From: Conidiobolus incongruus B7586
Lineage: Eukaryota
Reading direction: 5' to 3'
NCBI GenBank assembly: GCA_000697335.1
Contig: JNEM01008663.1
Coordinates: 1-41,237 of the forward strand
DNA: 41,237 bases
The notes beneath the pieces were generated by a model. That model was not told the DNA's origin. It searched no databases and saw only the letters and a list, made by a program, of their open reading frames with translations. Below, in pieces: positions 13,485-24,352 of this stretch. The position numbers were made by a program, and so were the translations under genes. Positions within the stretch are counted from its first letter, which is position 1, and the number at the start of each line of letters is the position of its first letter.

Positions 13485-13937
13485 ATGATTCCCACAAGAT
13501 TGGCTCAATCTACTCAATCCGTCTTACGTAACTTCTCTAGAAACTACAGCATTAAGGTAGTTCACTCCGATTTCGCTCCTGCCGCTATCGGCCCCTACTC
13601 CCAAGGTACCGTTGCCACTGCTAATGGTCTCGTATTCGTATCTGGCCAACTCCCCATCGATGCCAAAACCAACTCTATTCCCTCAACCGTTTCCGAACAA
13701 ACTCACCAATCCCTCACCAATCTTGAACACGTTCTCAAGGCCGCCAACTCCGACTTGACCAAAGTGCTCAAAGTCAACGTCTACTTGAAGGACATGAACG
13801 ACTTCCAAGCTATGAACGAAGTCTATGCGAAATTCTTCAAAGAACACCGTCCCGCTAGAGCTGCTGTTGAAGTTGCCAGATTACCTAAGGATGTTTTGGT
13901 TGAAATTGAATGTACTGCTGTCGCTCCTAAAGAATAA
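13485..13937 (+). CDS. MMF1: RidA/YjgF/Mmf1-family enamine/imine deaminase with predicted mitochondrial presequence
   Basis: [45 protein letters not shown]. The N-terminal ~22 aa are Arg/Ser-rich and acid-free (MIPTRLAQSTQSVLRNFSRNYS). Confidence 0.95.
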   Translation: MIPTRLAQSTQSVLRNFSRNYSIKVVHSDFAPAAIGPYSQGTVATANGLVFVSGQLPIDAKTNSIPSTVSEQTHQSLTNLEHVLKAANSDLTKVLKVNVYLKDMNDFQAMNEVYAKFFKEHRPARAAVEVARLPKDVLVEIECTAVAPKE

Positions 13938-14861
13938 TTTCATAATTAAAATTGTTATGTTATTATTATTATTGTCAATTCCATACTATATAACAAATTT
14001 AGTGAATTAAAAAGTTAGATTCCTTCATAAAAACATAGTGAAATTATTAAATTTTAATTTAAAAAATTTGCAAAAATAATTAAAGTTTATTTAAGTTAAT
14101 AGTGTTATAATTATTTTAAAAATGAAATATATATATTTATTGATTGATATTTAAAAATTCTATTTAGTTTAATTTGATTTATTTTATAATTCTGAATATA
14201 ATTAATAAGTGAATATTAGTCAATACAAAAACCAATAGTGGTTTTATTTTGAAAAAAGAATAATTTATAGATATATATTTTCAAGAGATAGGGTTTTATA
14301 TATGCAATATGCAATATATTAACATGTCTATAGTTAAACTAGTACAGTACATTTATACATAGAAAACTGATTTGAATGTAATCGATTCTTGAATTTAGTA
14401 AAATAAATGAATTTGCATTGAATGCTTTAATGGCCTTTAAAAACTTTGTTTTGATCACTAGACAAACTATTTGAAAAAAAATATTTTTAAAATCATTATT
14501 AAATGGATTAATTATATACATATTATAAAATAATATAGTAACCATTTAATAATTTTTATTTCAATTGAATCATTAGACCAACAAATTCTGATTAATCACT
14601 ATTTTAAATATTTAACAGTAAAGTAAATAATAAGATCTTTACTCACTTTTGTCCATTTCCAAGTCATAATCTATTCTATATTAATAAATTGGGAGATATT
14701 TTTATTGATTAAAACGTGACACTAAAAACTATTAATACATTTAAAACCAGTCATTGGTCGATTAATTAATCAAACCAAAAACAATAACCATAATTTTATT
14801 CATAAATTAATTCAATTTTTCAATCAGATAACGTCATCCAATTCTCTCACCAATAAACACA

Positions 14862-15312
14862 ATGACTCATTCAAGGTATTTAAATAAATTTAGTAATCTT
14901 ATATAGCTTTATTAAATGTTACAGCATTAAGATCGTTCACACTGAATCCGCTCCTGCCGCTATCGGTCCCTACTCCCAAGCTACTGTGGCCGTTTCCCAC
15001 GGTCTCGTATTCGTATCTGGTCAAATCCCCGTCGATCCCAAAACTGGTAGCATTCCTGAAACTATTACAGAACAAACTCAGCAATCTCTCGCCAACCTTG
15101 AACAAGTCCTCAAGGCCGCTAACTCCGATTTGGCCAAAGTACTCAAAGTCAACGTCTACTTGAAGGACATGAACGACTTCCATGCCATGAACGAGGTGTA
15201 TGCCCAATTCTTCAAAGAACACCGTCCCGCTAGAGCTGCTGTTGAAGTTGCCAGATTACCTAAGGATGTCTTGATCGAAATTGAATGTACTGCAGTTGCT
15301 CCTCAGGAATAA
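14862..15312 (+). CDS. Second RidA/YjgF paralog without presequence, probably cytosolic (exons 14862-14875, 14925-15312)
   Basis: ATG ACT CAT TCA AG|GTATTT...TTACAG|C ATT AAG gives [23 protein letters not shown]; the remainder closely matches the upstream copy. Confidence 0.92.
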
Positions 15313-15817
15313 TTCGGAATTAAAATCAATTTATTTAAAACATTGTATTTTTACCAATGTGAGTATCATATAATTTACTTTTCTGAATTATTTATCTTAA
15401 AATTATTGAATTCAACAGAGGTATTACTCTATTTTGACAATATATTTATTATCACATTCAATTATCAAAATTTTATAAATTTGTAATTTAATCCAATTTT
15501 ATATAATCTCTTATTTTTTTCTCTAGTCATGAATGATTGTATTATATTTTGTAATATAATATTGCTTAAGTTTGGAATATAATTAACAAATAATATCTTT
15601 TTTTTTGATTCTAATTAAAATTAAATATATATTGGGAATGGTTATTCAATAATCTTTAAAAAAAATTCAAAATAAATTTTAATTGAAAAATGAACAAAGA
15701 TTGATAATTTTGGATTGAATAAATTAATAACAAAGAAATGTATTAAGTTTAAAAGAAATTAAAAGTGAAATAAAAAATAGATAGTTTAAAAAGGAAAAAT
15801 ATTTGGAAATTCACTAT

Positions 15818-15888
15818 TGCAATGGCGGGGAATCGAACCCCGGTCTACCGCGTGGCAGGCGGTAATTATACCACTAAACCACCATTGC
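15818..15888 (-). tRNA. tRNA-Gly(GCC), intronless, 71 nt
   Basis: Minus strand GCAATGGTGGTTTAGTGGTATAATTACCGCCTGCCACGCGGTAGACCGGGGTTCGATTCCCCGCCATTGCA: acceptor stem GCAATGG/CCATTGC, anticodon arm ACCGC-CTGCCAC-GCGGT, T-loop TTCGATT, downstream T5 runs. Confidence 0.97.
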
Positions 15889-15898
15889 TTGTTAATAG

Positions 15899-16473
15899 TG
15901 TCACAGCTATTAGCACTTGGAGGATCATTGAGGACACTGACACAGCCATTCTGTAGGTTGAATTGTGAAGCATGGCACCTGCCAGCTGGGGTAAACTACC
16001 GATGATCAGTTCTCTGGCTATCTGTCCCTGATCACTTGTAAACGGGGTGTTATAAATAGCAACTAGACCAGCAGCAACAGTGGCGGCGTTAGGATCCGTC
16101 ATGCTAAAAAGATGAAATCATAAAATATCAATAGGAACAAATGTAGAATGAATAATGGAGGATGACTCAAGTTGGGCTATAAGCAGCTGCTTGAGTATCT
16201 TAAAGGTAATACCTTGGAAGTAGACAAAAGGCTTATTTGTGTAAAAAAGGAGAAAGCTAAAGAGGAGAGGCAAAGGAAGAGAGATCAAAAAGGAGGAGCA
16301 AGTCTTTCTTATAACTAAGTGAAATATATAGGCATAAGTATGCAATGGCTGAGTAACAGTGAGGTCACTTGGATGTAAACTGGTAAAATGTTGATAAGGC
16401 TTAATTTAGTTAATCAGGTACTTAGTAGTGAATTAGAGTAAGGAAAGGTATCAATTAAGTAGCAATTGTCACA
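15899..16473 (-). mobile_element. Solo LTR of an LTR retrotransposon, inserted just upstream of tRNA-Gly
   Basis: 575-bp block richer in GC than its flanks, starting TGT and ending ACA (TGTCACA at both ends, 6/7 inverted match). Flanked by the exact direct repeat AATAG at 15894-15898 and 16474-16478. Orientation is inferred from a TATA-like motif (~16322-16332) and an ATG ORF on the minus strand. Confidence 0.82.
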
Positions 16474-17209
16474 AATAGTCATCAAAATCCATAATATAGA
16501 TATAAATATAATAATTTCAATCAAATTTTATTTTTTCTTATTAATTTATATGTAATTTCAATATATTTATTAATTAATCTATTTCACTATTTCTATCTTT
16601 TTTCTATCATCCATTTTATAATCTAAATTTTAAATAATTATTATTTACCATTATATTTATTATTATAATTTCTCAAGAATAGTATAATATACTTTGATAA
16701 AATTAAAATATACTAATTCTATAATATAGTTAATAATTAATTATAGTGATATCATACTTTATATAATTTATTATTTTAATATAATCCTTTAAGTTAGTAT
16801 TTGATAAATAGTTAATCAATAAAATTTGAAAAGTTATAATGTATAACACAATACCTTCAATAGTTTTGAAAGAATTTCATATTTAAAAATAATAGTTGCT
16901 TGAGCTATAACAATAAATATATATTTTTTGAGTAAAATTTAATACATGTCAAGATTCTAGAATATTTCTGATATATTTATATTTGATCAAATGTGTAAAA
17001 TATTAATTTCAAGATCATCAATAATATTTGGAAATTAGTAGAATTCTGTAAAAAAAGGTATGGTAATTTTATTAATAGACTACTCATATTGATAAGGTAT
17101 TAATGTAGATATACACAATATTATTGCTTCTTGTAAGCAATATGAAAAACCAAAGTATAATTTTTGTGATATTTATATGTTAAACAATGTGATTGATTTT
17201 TATTTGAAT

Positions 17210-18115
17210 TTAGTTTTGAACAAATTTGTTAGTATAATTTTGAACGAAAGATTCATCAATAATCTTTAAGTGTTTGCAGTAGTTGGTGACCTTGTTCCAG
17301 TCACGTTCTACGTTCATCAAGTCTTTGGAGAGATAGACCAAGGAGCGGGTGAAGATCTCTTTGTTGACTTTGGTATCCATTTCGGGGTTGATCTTGCAGA
17401 GGAGGTTATAGGCGTTGGTGGGGTCTTGTTGGATGAAGTCGGTGGCACGCTTAACAGCCCTCATGAAACCAGCAACACGATCGGGGTGTTCCTTGATGAA
17501 ATTGTCGTTGGCGATGTAGAGGATGGAGCAGAAGCAGCAGCATCCCAAGTTGGCCAATTCGTCGATACGGAGCATGTGGACACCCTTGTAGGTTTGTTCC
17601 AATTCGACCATTTGGACATTTTCCAAACCGACACCGGCGTCGATGGTACCGTCCTTAATGGCTTGGGTGACGTTCATACCGACACGAATGGCTTCGTAAT
17701 CGGTAGGAGCTAATCCATTACGCTCCATCAATTCGTCTAAGATCAACTTACCGAAGTGGCCAACGTAACCGATGCGCTTACCCTTGAAAGCGGCAACATC
17801 CTTCCATTCTTCGTGGTTTGTGGACTCGTCACTGACGTAAATGACACCGGTGAAAGGTTCATCTAACAAAGTACCAATAGAGGAGACGGGGTACTTGGTA
17901 GAGGCAGCAATGGTGTGGATCATAGCCTTGAAACCCATGTCAACACGACCAGATCCAATCAAATGGGTTACGTCACTAGGGTCTGTGGGTTCCAAAATCA
18001 TAACGTTGAGATTTTCATCCTTGAAGTAGTTGAGGTGTTTGGCAATCAACACTGGAGCGTGGTAAGGTAAAGCCTTCCAGTTGAATAAGAAGCTGATGGA
18101 GTTGTCAACAGTCAT
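17210..18115 (-). CDS. THI5: HMP-P synthase THI5/NMT1 (thiamine pyrimidine synthesis), 301 aa from the first ATG
   Basis: FNWKALPYHAP, GFKAMIHT (PLP-binding Lys and substrate His), LLDEPFTGVIY, RIGYVGHFGK, RIDELANLGCCCFCSILY. ATG at 18115 lies ~70 nt after a TATAAAA box. Confidence 0.97.
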   Translation of the reverse strand: MTVDNSISFLFNWKALPYHAPVLIAKHLNYFKDENLNVMILEPTDPSDVTHLIGSGRVDMGFKAMIHTIAASTKYPVSSIGTLLDEPFTGVIYVSDESTNHEEWKDVAAFKGKRIGYVGHFGKLILDELMERNGLAPTDYEAIRVGMNVTQAIKDGTIDAGVGLENVQMVELEQTYKGVHMLRIDELANLGCCCFCSILYIANDNFIKEHPDRVAGFMRAVKRATDFIQQDPTNAYNLLCKINPEMDTKVNKEIFTRSLVYLSKDLMNVERDWNKVTNYCKHLKIIDESFVQNYTNKFVQN

Positions 18116-18460
18116 GATTATGCTTACTTGATCGATTGATGATTTTGATATCGTAGTATTATCAATTGGTGACACAATGCTCAGTTTTATAGTAATTAGA
18201 TATTTTTGACCAATTTAGTAACTGCCAAATATTGAATGCTTAGCCAACCATCTTGCAGAACGCTTATCAAAATTGCTATAGTTTGGTAAAATTCTATAAA
18301 TGTCTTAATGAATTGAATACATTATCCAACCAATGACAGTAACCTGGGCAATTAAGCTAGATATCGTACTAATTAAATCATCAGCTTAAGTTCTAGATAT
18401 CGGCTAAAATCGCAAACGCTAATATCTGACAAGTATTTTCGTATGGATAATGTGATATGT

Positions 18461-18469
18461 ATGAGTCAT
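18461..18469. promoter_or_regulatory. Perfect Gcn4/CpcA(AP-1)-type site ATGAGTCAT upstream of THI5
   Basis: Exact ATGA(C/G)TCAT pseudo-palindrome ~350 bp upstream of the THI5 start. Function is not demonstrated. Confidence 0.35.
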
Positions 18470-18978
18470 ATTCCGCTTGAATTTTGGTTGTCAATGATTT
18501 TCAATAGGCTAAATTACAACACTTTTCAGTTAAAGGTTCTAACATATTACGATAACTTGATATTTTCAATTATTAGAACTTGACCAATGAAACTAAAAAT
18601 CGATTTTTTCATTATACTTAATTTACTCAGATTTATATCACCAATAAGGGAATTTATCTGAACCTATTGAAATTTCTAGCATAACCAGCTGGAAAACTTG
18701 ATCGCAAAGTGTAATCTGGTTCCAAATGCTTGGAAACTATTTCGAACTTTCAAAATTTATCCTCGTGGGCTCGGAAAGTACTATGATTGGAGGAATATAA
18801 AATGAGGCCAATTTTCGAAAATCAATTAAATTGATCAAAAATTGATAAATTGATAAATTGAGATATAATTCAAATAGATTTATTGAGTTTTCCAATATTA
18901 ATCTATATATTCCCTTAAATTCAATGTAATACAAATTGATTCTATTCACCAAGAGAAATAAATAAATTAGATATTATT

Positions 18979-21900
18979 TTATACTTTATGGTCTACTAAA
19001 ATGCGCAGTTCACTTAATTCAGTATTTTCTTCGTTATCCTTAGGTTGATAAACGATGGTGGAGTGAGTTGATAATCCATACCAACTATATTTTAATATAC
19101 TATCTACAACAATTAATATGGAGCTCATTGTGATGAGAAATAACCAATCCCGTGCTGAAATAGCTTCGGTCTGGAACACTTTTTGAAGGAAGGGGACATA
19201 AAGGACCAGAATATGGCCAAGTAAACTGGCGCCAACACTTGCGTAAAATGACCAATTGTGCGGGAGTGAATGGTATCCTAAAATCTTACTTGGAGACCTA
19301 CAGATCAAAGCATTAACCATATCCAGGATGACTAGTGCCGTAAATGTCATTGTAGTTGTTCTTGAGGTAATAGTGCTATCTGAGGTCCGTGTTTTCACAA
19401 ACACGAAAAATGTTTCAAAGCCCATTAAAGCACCGTTAGTGATTACTCGTGTCAATAAGGTGGGTGTTAATAAGGATGCGTTGCGAGTCCTAGGTGGTTG
19501 AATTGCAATTACAGGGTCATATGCCTCAACCCCAAGTGATTGGGCAGGTGGTCCATCCATTAAAATATTGATGTATAGGATTTGCCTTGGGTTTAAAGGG
19601 TTTCCCAGCTTGAACAATGTAGTAAATAGTACTAACATTAAAGTGGTTAACGATGTAGATAGCTGGAACGTTAGGAAATTTTGAATATTGTTAAAGATGC
19701 CTCGACCTTCAGCAACTCCACTGGCAAGGCCGTGTAGATTGTCTTTAACCAGTATGAGTTGAGCAGATTCGCGTGCAACATCAGAGGCACCTGGACCACC
19801 CATAGCAACACCCAGATCAGAAAGCCTCAAAGCCGGCGTATCATTAACTCCATCACCCGTCATTGCTACAACATCTTCACGTGCCTAGAAGGCTGAAACA
19901 ATACGCAATTTGTGGTGTGGTGTTGTTCGAGCAAATATCCATATTCGATCAAGTGCCTCTGCGAGCTCTTCGTCTGATATTCGCTCGAGGTCAGTACCAA
20001 TAATGCAGTCTTGCGAGACATCATGGACAGGTAGACCAATTTGACGAGTAATAGAGTGCGCAGTGATAGGCAAGTCGCCTGTAATAATCACAGGTTTGAT
20101 CCCTGCTTACTGCAAATCAAATAAGATCGATTCGACTTCAGGTCTAGGTGGATCGGAAAGTGCAACAAGGCCAACGAATGTAAGTTGATCGAGTTGATCA
20201 CCTTGAGCGCAAGAACTCGGAATCCTTGTGATGCCCAGCGGTTATGTACATTCCAAATGGATTTCTCGAAAGAAGGAGTGATGGAACTCTGATTATGGTT
20301 ACTAATATAGTTTGTACATCTAGCCAGTGTTGCTTCCAAGCTTCCTTTGAAATAATGGGGGTGGCCTGCATATTGAATTGACATCCATTTTGTTGCTGAT
20401 GAAAATGGATTAAATGTAGTTTTAGTTAATTCCTAGAAAAATGGATGTTAATATAAGAAATGGTAAAGTGGATAGTGTCATTTACACCTCTTAGATCCTT
20501 GTTTAGCACTGTCAAACTCCATTGAAGTAGAGTAATATCTGTTGACTGCCCTACCCATCTTTGATCAGAGAATTGGGCATCATTACATAAGTTCGCTAAA
20601 GATATAATAAATAATCATATAGTTATGATCAATTCAAGCATTACCAATAGTTGCTAATTGTTTAATATTGCTAGATAATCTTGGTGAGCTAGGCTGAGAG
20701 CTTCTTGGAGAATGAATGGGTTCTCCTGAAATATAGATCTCATGGACAGTGATTAAATTTTCGGTGATAGTGCCTAATCAATGTTTAGTCAACCTTATAT
20801 AAAACGAGTTTAAAGGAATTGTTACCTGTCTTATCCAAACATAGTACATTGATGTTGCCTAATGTTTCAACAGATGGTAAATTTTTGACAAGAGCATGAT
20901 CTTTGGACATCCTCAAGACTCCGAGAGCGAGTGTAACGGTGACAACAATAGGAAGACCTTCTGGAATAGCAGCCACTGCCAAACTTACACCAATTGTGAC
21001 GAGTTCAAACCAATTGGATCCCATTAGAACACCCCATAGGACCAGAAAAGTGATGAGAACCAAAGATGCCTTCGTAAGTTGTTGGCTGGGTTCATTCATT
21101 GATTCTTGGAGTGGGCTTTTGGCTTCCTCGATCTATTGAATGATTGAGTAATATTATTTTAGTATGGTTGCTGTATAATTTACCTCTTCTAAGCTGGTTA
21201 CTATCTTTCCTAATTCAGTATCCTTACCAATACCAATACTAATACCGTATCCTATACAATTCAAATATCAGCTAAAGTTGCTTATTTAACATATGCATAT
21301 TTAATCAAATTCTTACCTGAGTGAACCATACTACCCATAAAACCAATGTTTCTGCGGGAGCTAAGAGCTAGATTATATTCACGGATAGGCTCCCAAATCT
21401 TATGCACTGGTTCCGACTCTCCCGTAAGATTGGATTCATCGACAAGAAGGTCCTGTGTCTACTTTTGTTAAATTAAAGTATTATTGGGCTTTAAAAGTAA
21501 ATTACTTCTATCCATCTCACATCTGCGGGAACACGATCGCCTGTAAATACTTTTATGATCTCGCCAGGTAGTAGAAACTTAACGGCGATAGGCTCTAGCT
21601 GACCATTTCTATTAAATCGAATTTGTTATTTTGGATGTACTAAAGGTGAATGATATTAATACCTTACCTGTAAACTTTACTGATTGGATCCTCTAGTTTA
21701 GTTAACTTTTGTATACTCTCGTCAGAGCGTAATTCTTGAATAAAGCCGACTAATATAGCATAATTACTAATTTTAATATGACTTAAATTTTAATTTCATT
21801 TACCCGTAAACACTATTAAACTAGCCTATCAAATAAAATTAAGTAAATTAAAAAGGGATCAAAAGCTTGAATTTTTTACCACTAAAATACCAATAGCATC

Positions 21901-22182
21901 GTCCCATTGACCCAGCAGTCCAGAAATGACTGCAGATCCTAGTAATAGTAGTAACATTTGATTATCCATCAAATTATCCAATATCTTCTGTAATAATCCA
22001 GGTTTGAGTTTACCCTCAAGGATATTGAAACCATATGACTTGCGGACTTCTATGAATTCTGGTGCCGAATAGCCAGATGGATTGCTTAAGATTTCAGTCC
22101 TGTCTTTTGGAGAGTTGGGATGGTAATAATGTATGATTTCTTCGACTTTGGCATAGTGGGCGGGTAGATTAAAATTTTGCAT
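18979..22182 (-). pseudogene. PMR1: PMR1/SPCA-type Ca2+/Mn2+ P-type ATPase, disrupted
   Basis: Multi-exon with motifs [41 protein letters not shown] and [20 protein letters not shown]. In-frame TAG at 19885-19887 (SAF*ARED), in-frame TAA at 20107-20109 (DLQ*AGIK), and a frameshift at ~20201-20210 between GFRVLA and LTFVGLVAL. Confidence 0.85.
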
Positions 22183-23037
22183 GATTAATTAAAGGATAAA
22201 TAATATATCCCTTAAAAATCAACTTTTTATATTCAAAATATTACAAGATATTAATTATTAGATTATATTGATTGTTATGTTAGTATTCAATATACTGATT
22301 TATTCTAGGTTTTTATTTATAGTTGGAGTTAATCTAATTTATGAATCCAATTAATTAAGGGAAGTCACATAAATTTAACCTGAACTAAGCAAATTATTGT
22401 TTTTTCCAATATTTCGGATTATGGTTTAATAACTTATAGAAAATTTAGTTATAACAATTGCAGATATTTTTATAAATTGAAAAATATTTTCAAAAATTGG
22501 TTTTCATAGGTATTCTAATAACGTTATATAATAGTATAATAGAATGGAGTAAAATATTTCATATGATAAGATATGTAACAATATTTTCACACATATTTGC
22601 ACAAATCATTTCAATTTACTCACACACATTGGTCTCAAAAATCAATTGTATTTTATCAAATCAAATTTGATTGAACTTGCAAACAATTGTGAAAGTGCTA
22701 AATAGAAATATTTGAATATTTGGTTAATTTAGTTTATTTTTGTTAGATTATATCTATTAAATCATATACTTTATTGTGAAAAATAGCTCGAATCTCGGCG
22801 CATTTTTGTTTTCAATAAAATTCTACTTGCTACAAGATATTAGTAAGCCAGATGAATAAAATTAGTAAAATCAAATCTTACATGCTCAACTAGTTTTGGA
22901 TTCAAAATATGAAGCAGCGAGTGATTTTTTGAAACATTAATTATTTCACTATTTATATTTAATTTCGATCCAATGCTTGTTGGGATTTCAATAATATTAA
23001 AGTTAATTACAACTAGAATTATATAATTGGGTATTAA

Positions 23038-24352
23038 TTACTTTATTTCATTACGATTAAATAGGTTAGGAGTCTCCCAAAGTTTATTAATACCTGAATT
23101 GATAGTATTGTTCAACTCATTTTTTCTATAGCTAGAATAAAGTATCTTAGAATTTCCAGAAAAATCTTCATTGACAGTATAATTCAACCCTCTTGGTTCA
23201 CAGATATAGGTGTATTTCCTGAAATGGTTGGATTAGTGTTGAAATAACGTTGTTTCCTATATTTTGAAAAATAAAAATTATTATTATATTTACATACATA
23301 CATTACATTGTCACTGGATCAAATCTAATAATTTGATTAAATTGGTTATATTGTTGATTTTGTAATGCTTTAATATTATCAGAAAAGACCTGAAATTGAC
23401 TTTTTGAGTTGTTTCGGATACTATATGGATATAAGCTATTCAAATTATAAGAGCCAAGATTATTCTCTCTTAAATCTGAAGAATTCATGTATTTGGTTGG
23501 GCTTTTCGATATTTCTTGATTTTGAAATTTTATCTTTTCATTAAGAAACTCTTGATAGATGTTTGGGGTGTGTGTGCTATTCATACTATTATTGTGTCTT
23601 TCAGCTCTAAGCTATATTGTTTGTTGATAACTCAAATACTGGGAATAAAACAATTACACTTTAGGTGGCATTTCTTGAATGAGTGGACTTTTATTATTTT
23701 TCAATATTGTTTCTTTTAATGCCTTATTATCTAGTTCTAACTTTTCAATTTTCCTAAATAAAAATCAATAATTTGAGCAGATTTGAATTAAAAAGTGCTT
23801 ACTCCTTCAATTGCTTATTCATTTCTATATGTTCTTTAGCTTTGATGATTACCTTTCTTTGATATATAGTTTTCTCTTTAAGTGATTTGGTTAAAGACGT
23901 AGCATTATTTAACTGATACTATACCATTCATTTTATTTTGATATATGATTTATAGTCATAAACTTACTTGGTAAATTTCAATATAATTTGCTAGTATTCG
24001 TGACGAAGAATTCAGTGACGGTGCTTGACTTAGATCATATTAAATGAATTTAATTCAATAGTACAACTTCAAATTTTAGTTATTTTATACATTAGTTGAA
24101 TTTGAATAACTGGGGTATTTTACCATCACTTCGCATTTATTACATTCGCATTTATTATCTAAAAATTATTATTAGCTTTTATTAATAAATGTGCACCCAA
24201 AGATATATTTTACCAGTTGGAATAATTTTTTCATGAAAACAAATTTCACAAAATATATTATAACATGACAAAATATACCAAGTTTCTTCCCTTTCAGTAG
24301 GATATTGAAAGCGAGAATTGCAATGAAACCAGAATATCTCGTTTAGATGCAT
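23038..24352 (-). pseudogene. Zip3/RNF212-like RING plus coiled-coil meiotic E3 ligase gene, probably disrupted
   Basis: Exon 24352-24214 encodes MHLNEIFWFHCNSRFQYPTEREETWYILSCYNIFCEIC (compare the RNF212-type WFHCNxC...SCGHIFCxxC). Later exons give DNKCECNKC, a coiled coil (IYQYQLNNATSLTKSLKEKTIYQRKVIIKAKEHIEMNKQLKEKIEKLELDNKALKE) and an N/S-rich tail. Two zinc ligands are substituted; apparent frameshifts near 23985 and 23185. Confidence 0.6.

Larger units (their letters stand above)
13250..15312 (+). repeat. Tandem duplication of the RidA gene including ~230 bp of upstream sequence (units ~13250-13937 and ~14640-15312)
   Basis: Both copies share the upstream blocks TCCATTTCCAAGTCATA, TGGGAGA, TAAAACCAGTCATTGGT, AATAACCATAATTT and TTCTCTCAC in the same order. 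Confidence 0.9.

Noticed and set aside
15817..16005. ORF MQWRGIEPRSTAWQA...
   Set aside because: It is the antisense translation of the tRNA-Gly gene plus the LTR edge.
17270..17713. 147-aa ORF antisense to THI5 (also 14899-15222 antisense to RidA)
   Set aside because: Shadow ORFs caused by the biased codon usage of the sense genes.
18145..18186. CTGAG...GATAATACTACG on the minus strand upstream of THI5, reminiscent of a TPP riboswitch
   Set aside because: Lacks the ATACC and GAAC(T/C)TGATC core and the paired stems; it directly abuts the TATA box.
19885..20109. TAG/TAA at Gln-like positions in PMR1, suggesting stop-codon reassignment
   Set aside because: Intact genes here terminate normally at TAA/TAG, and the same gene also has a frameshift, so pseudogenisation explains it.
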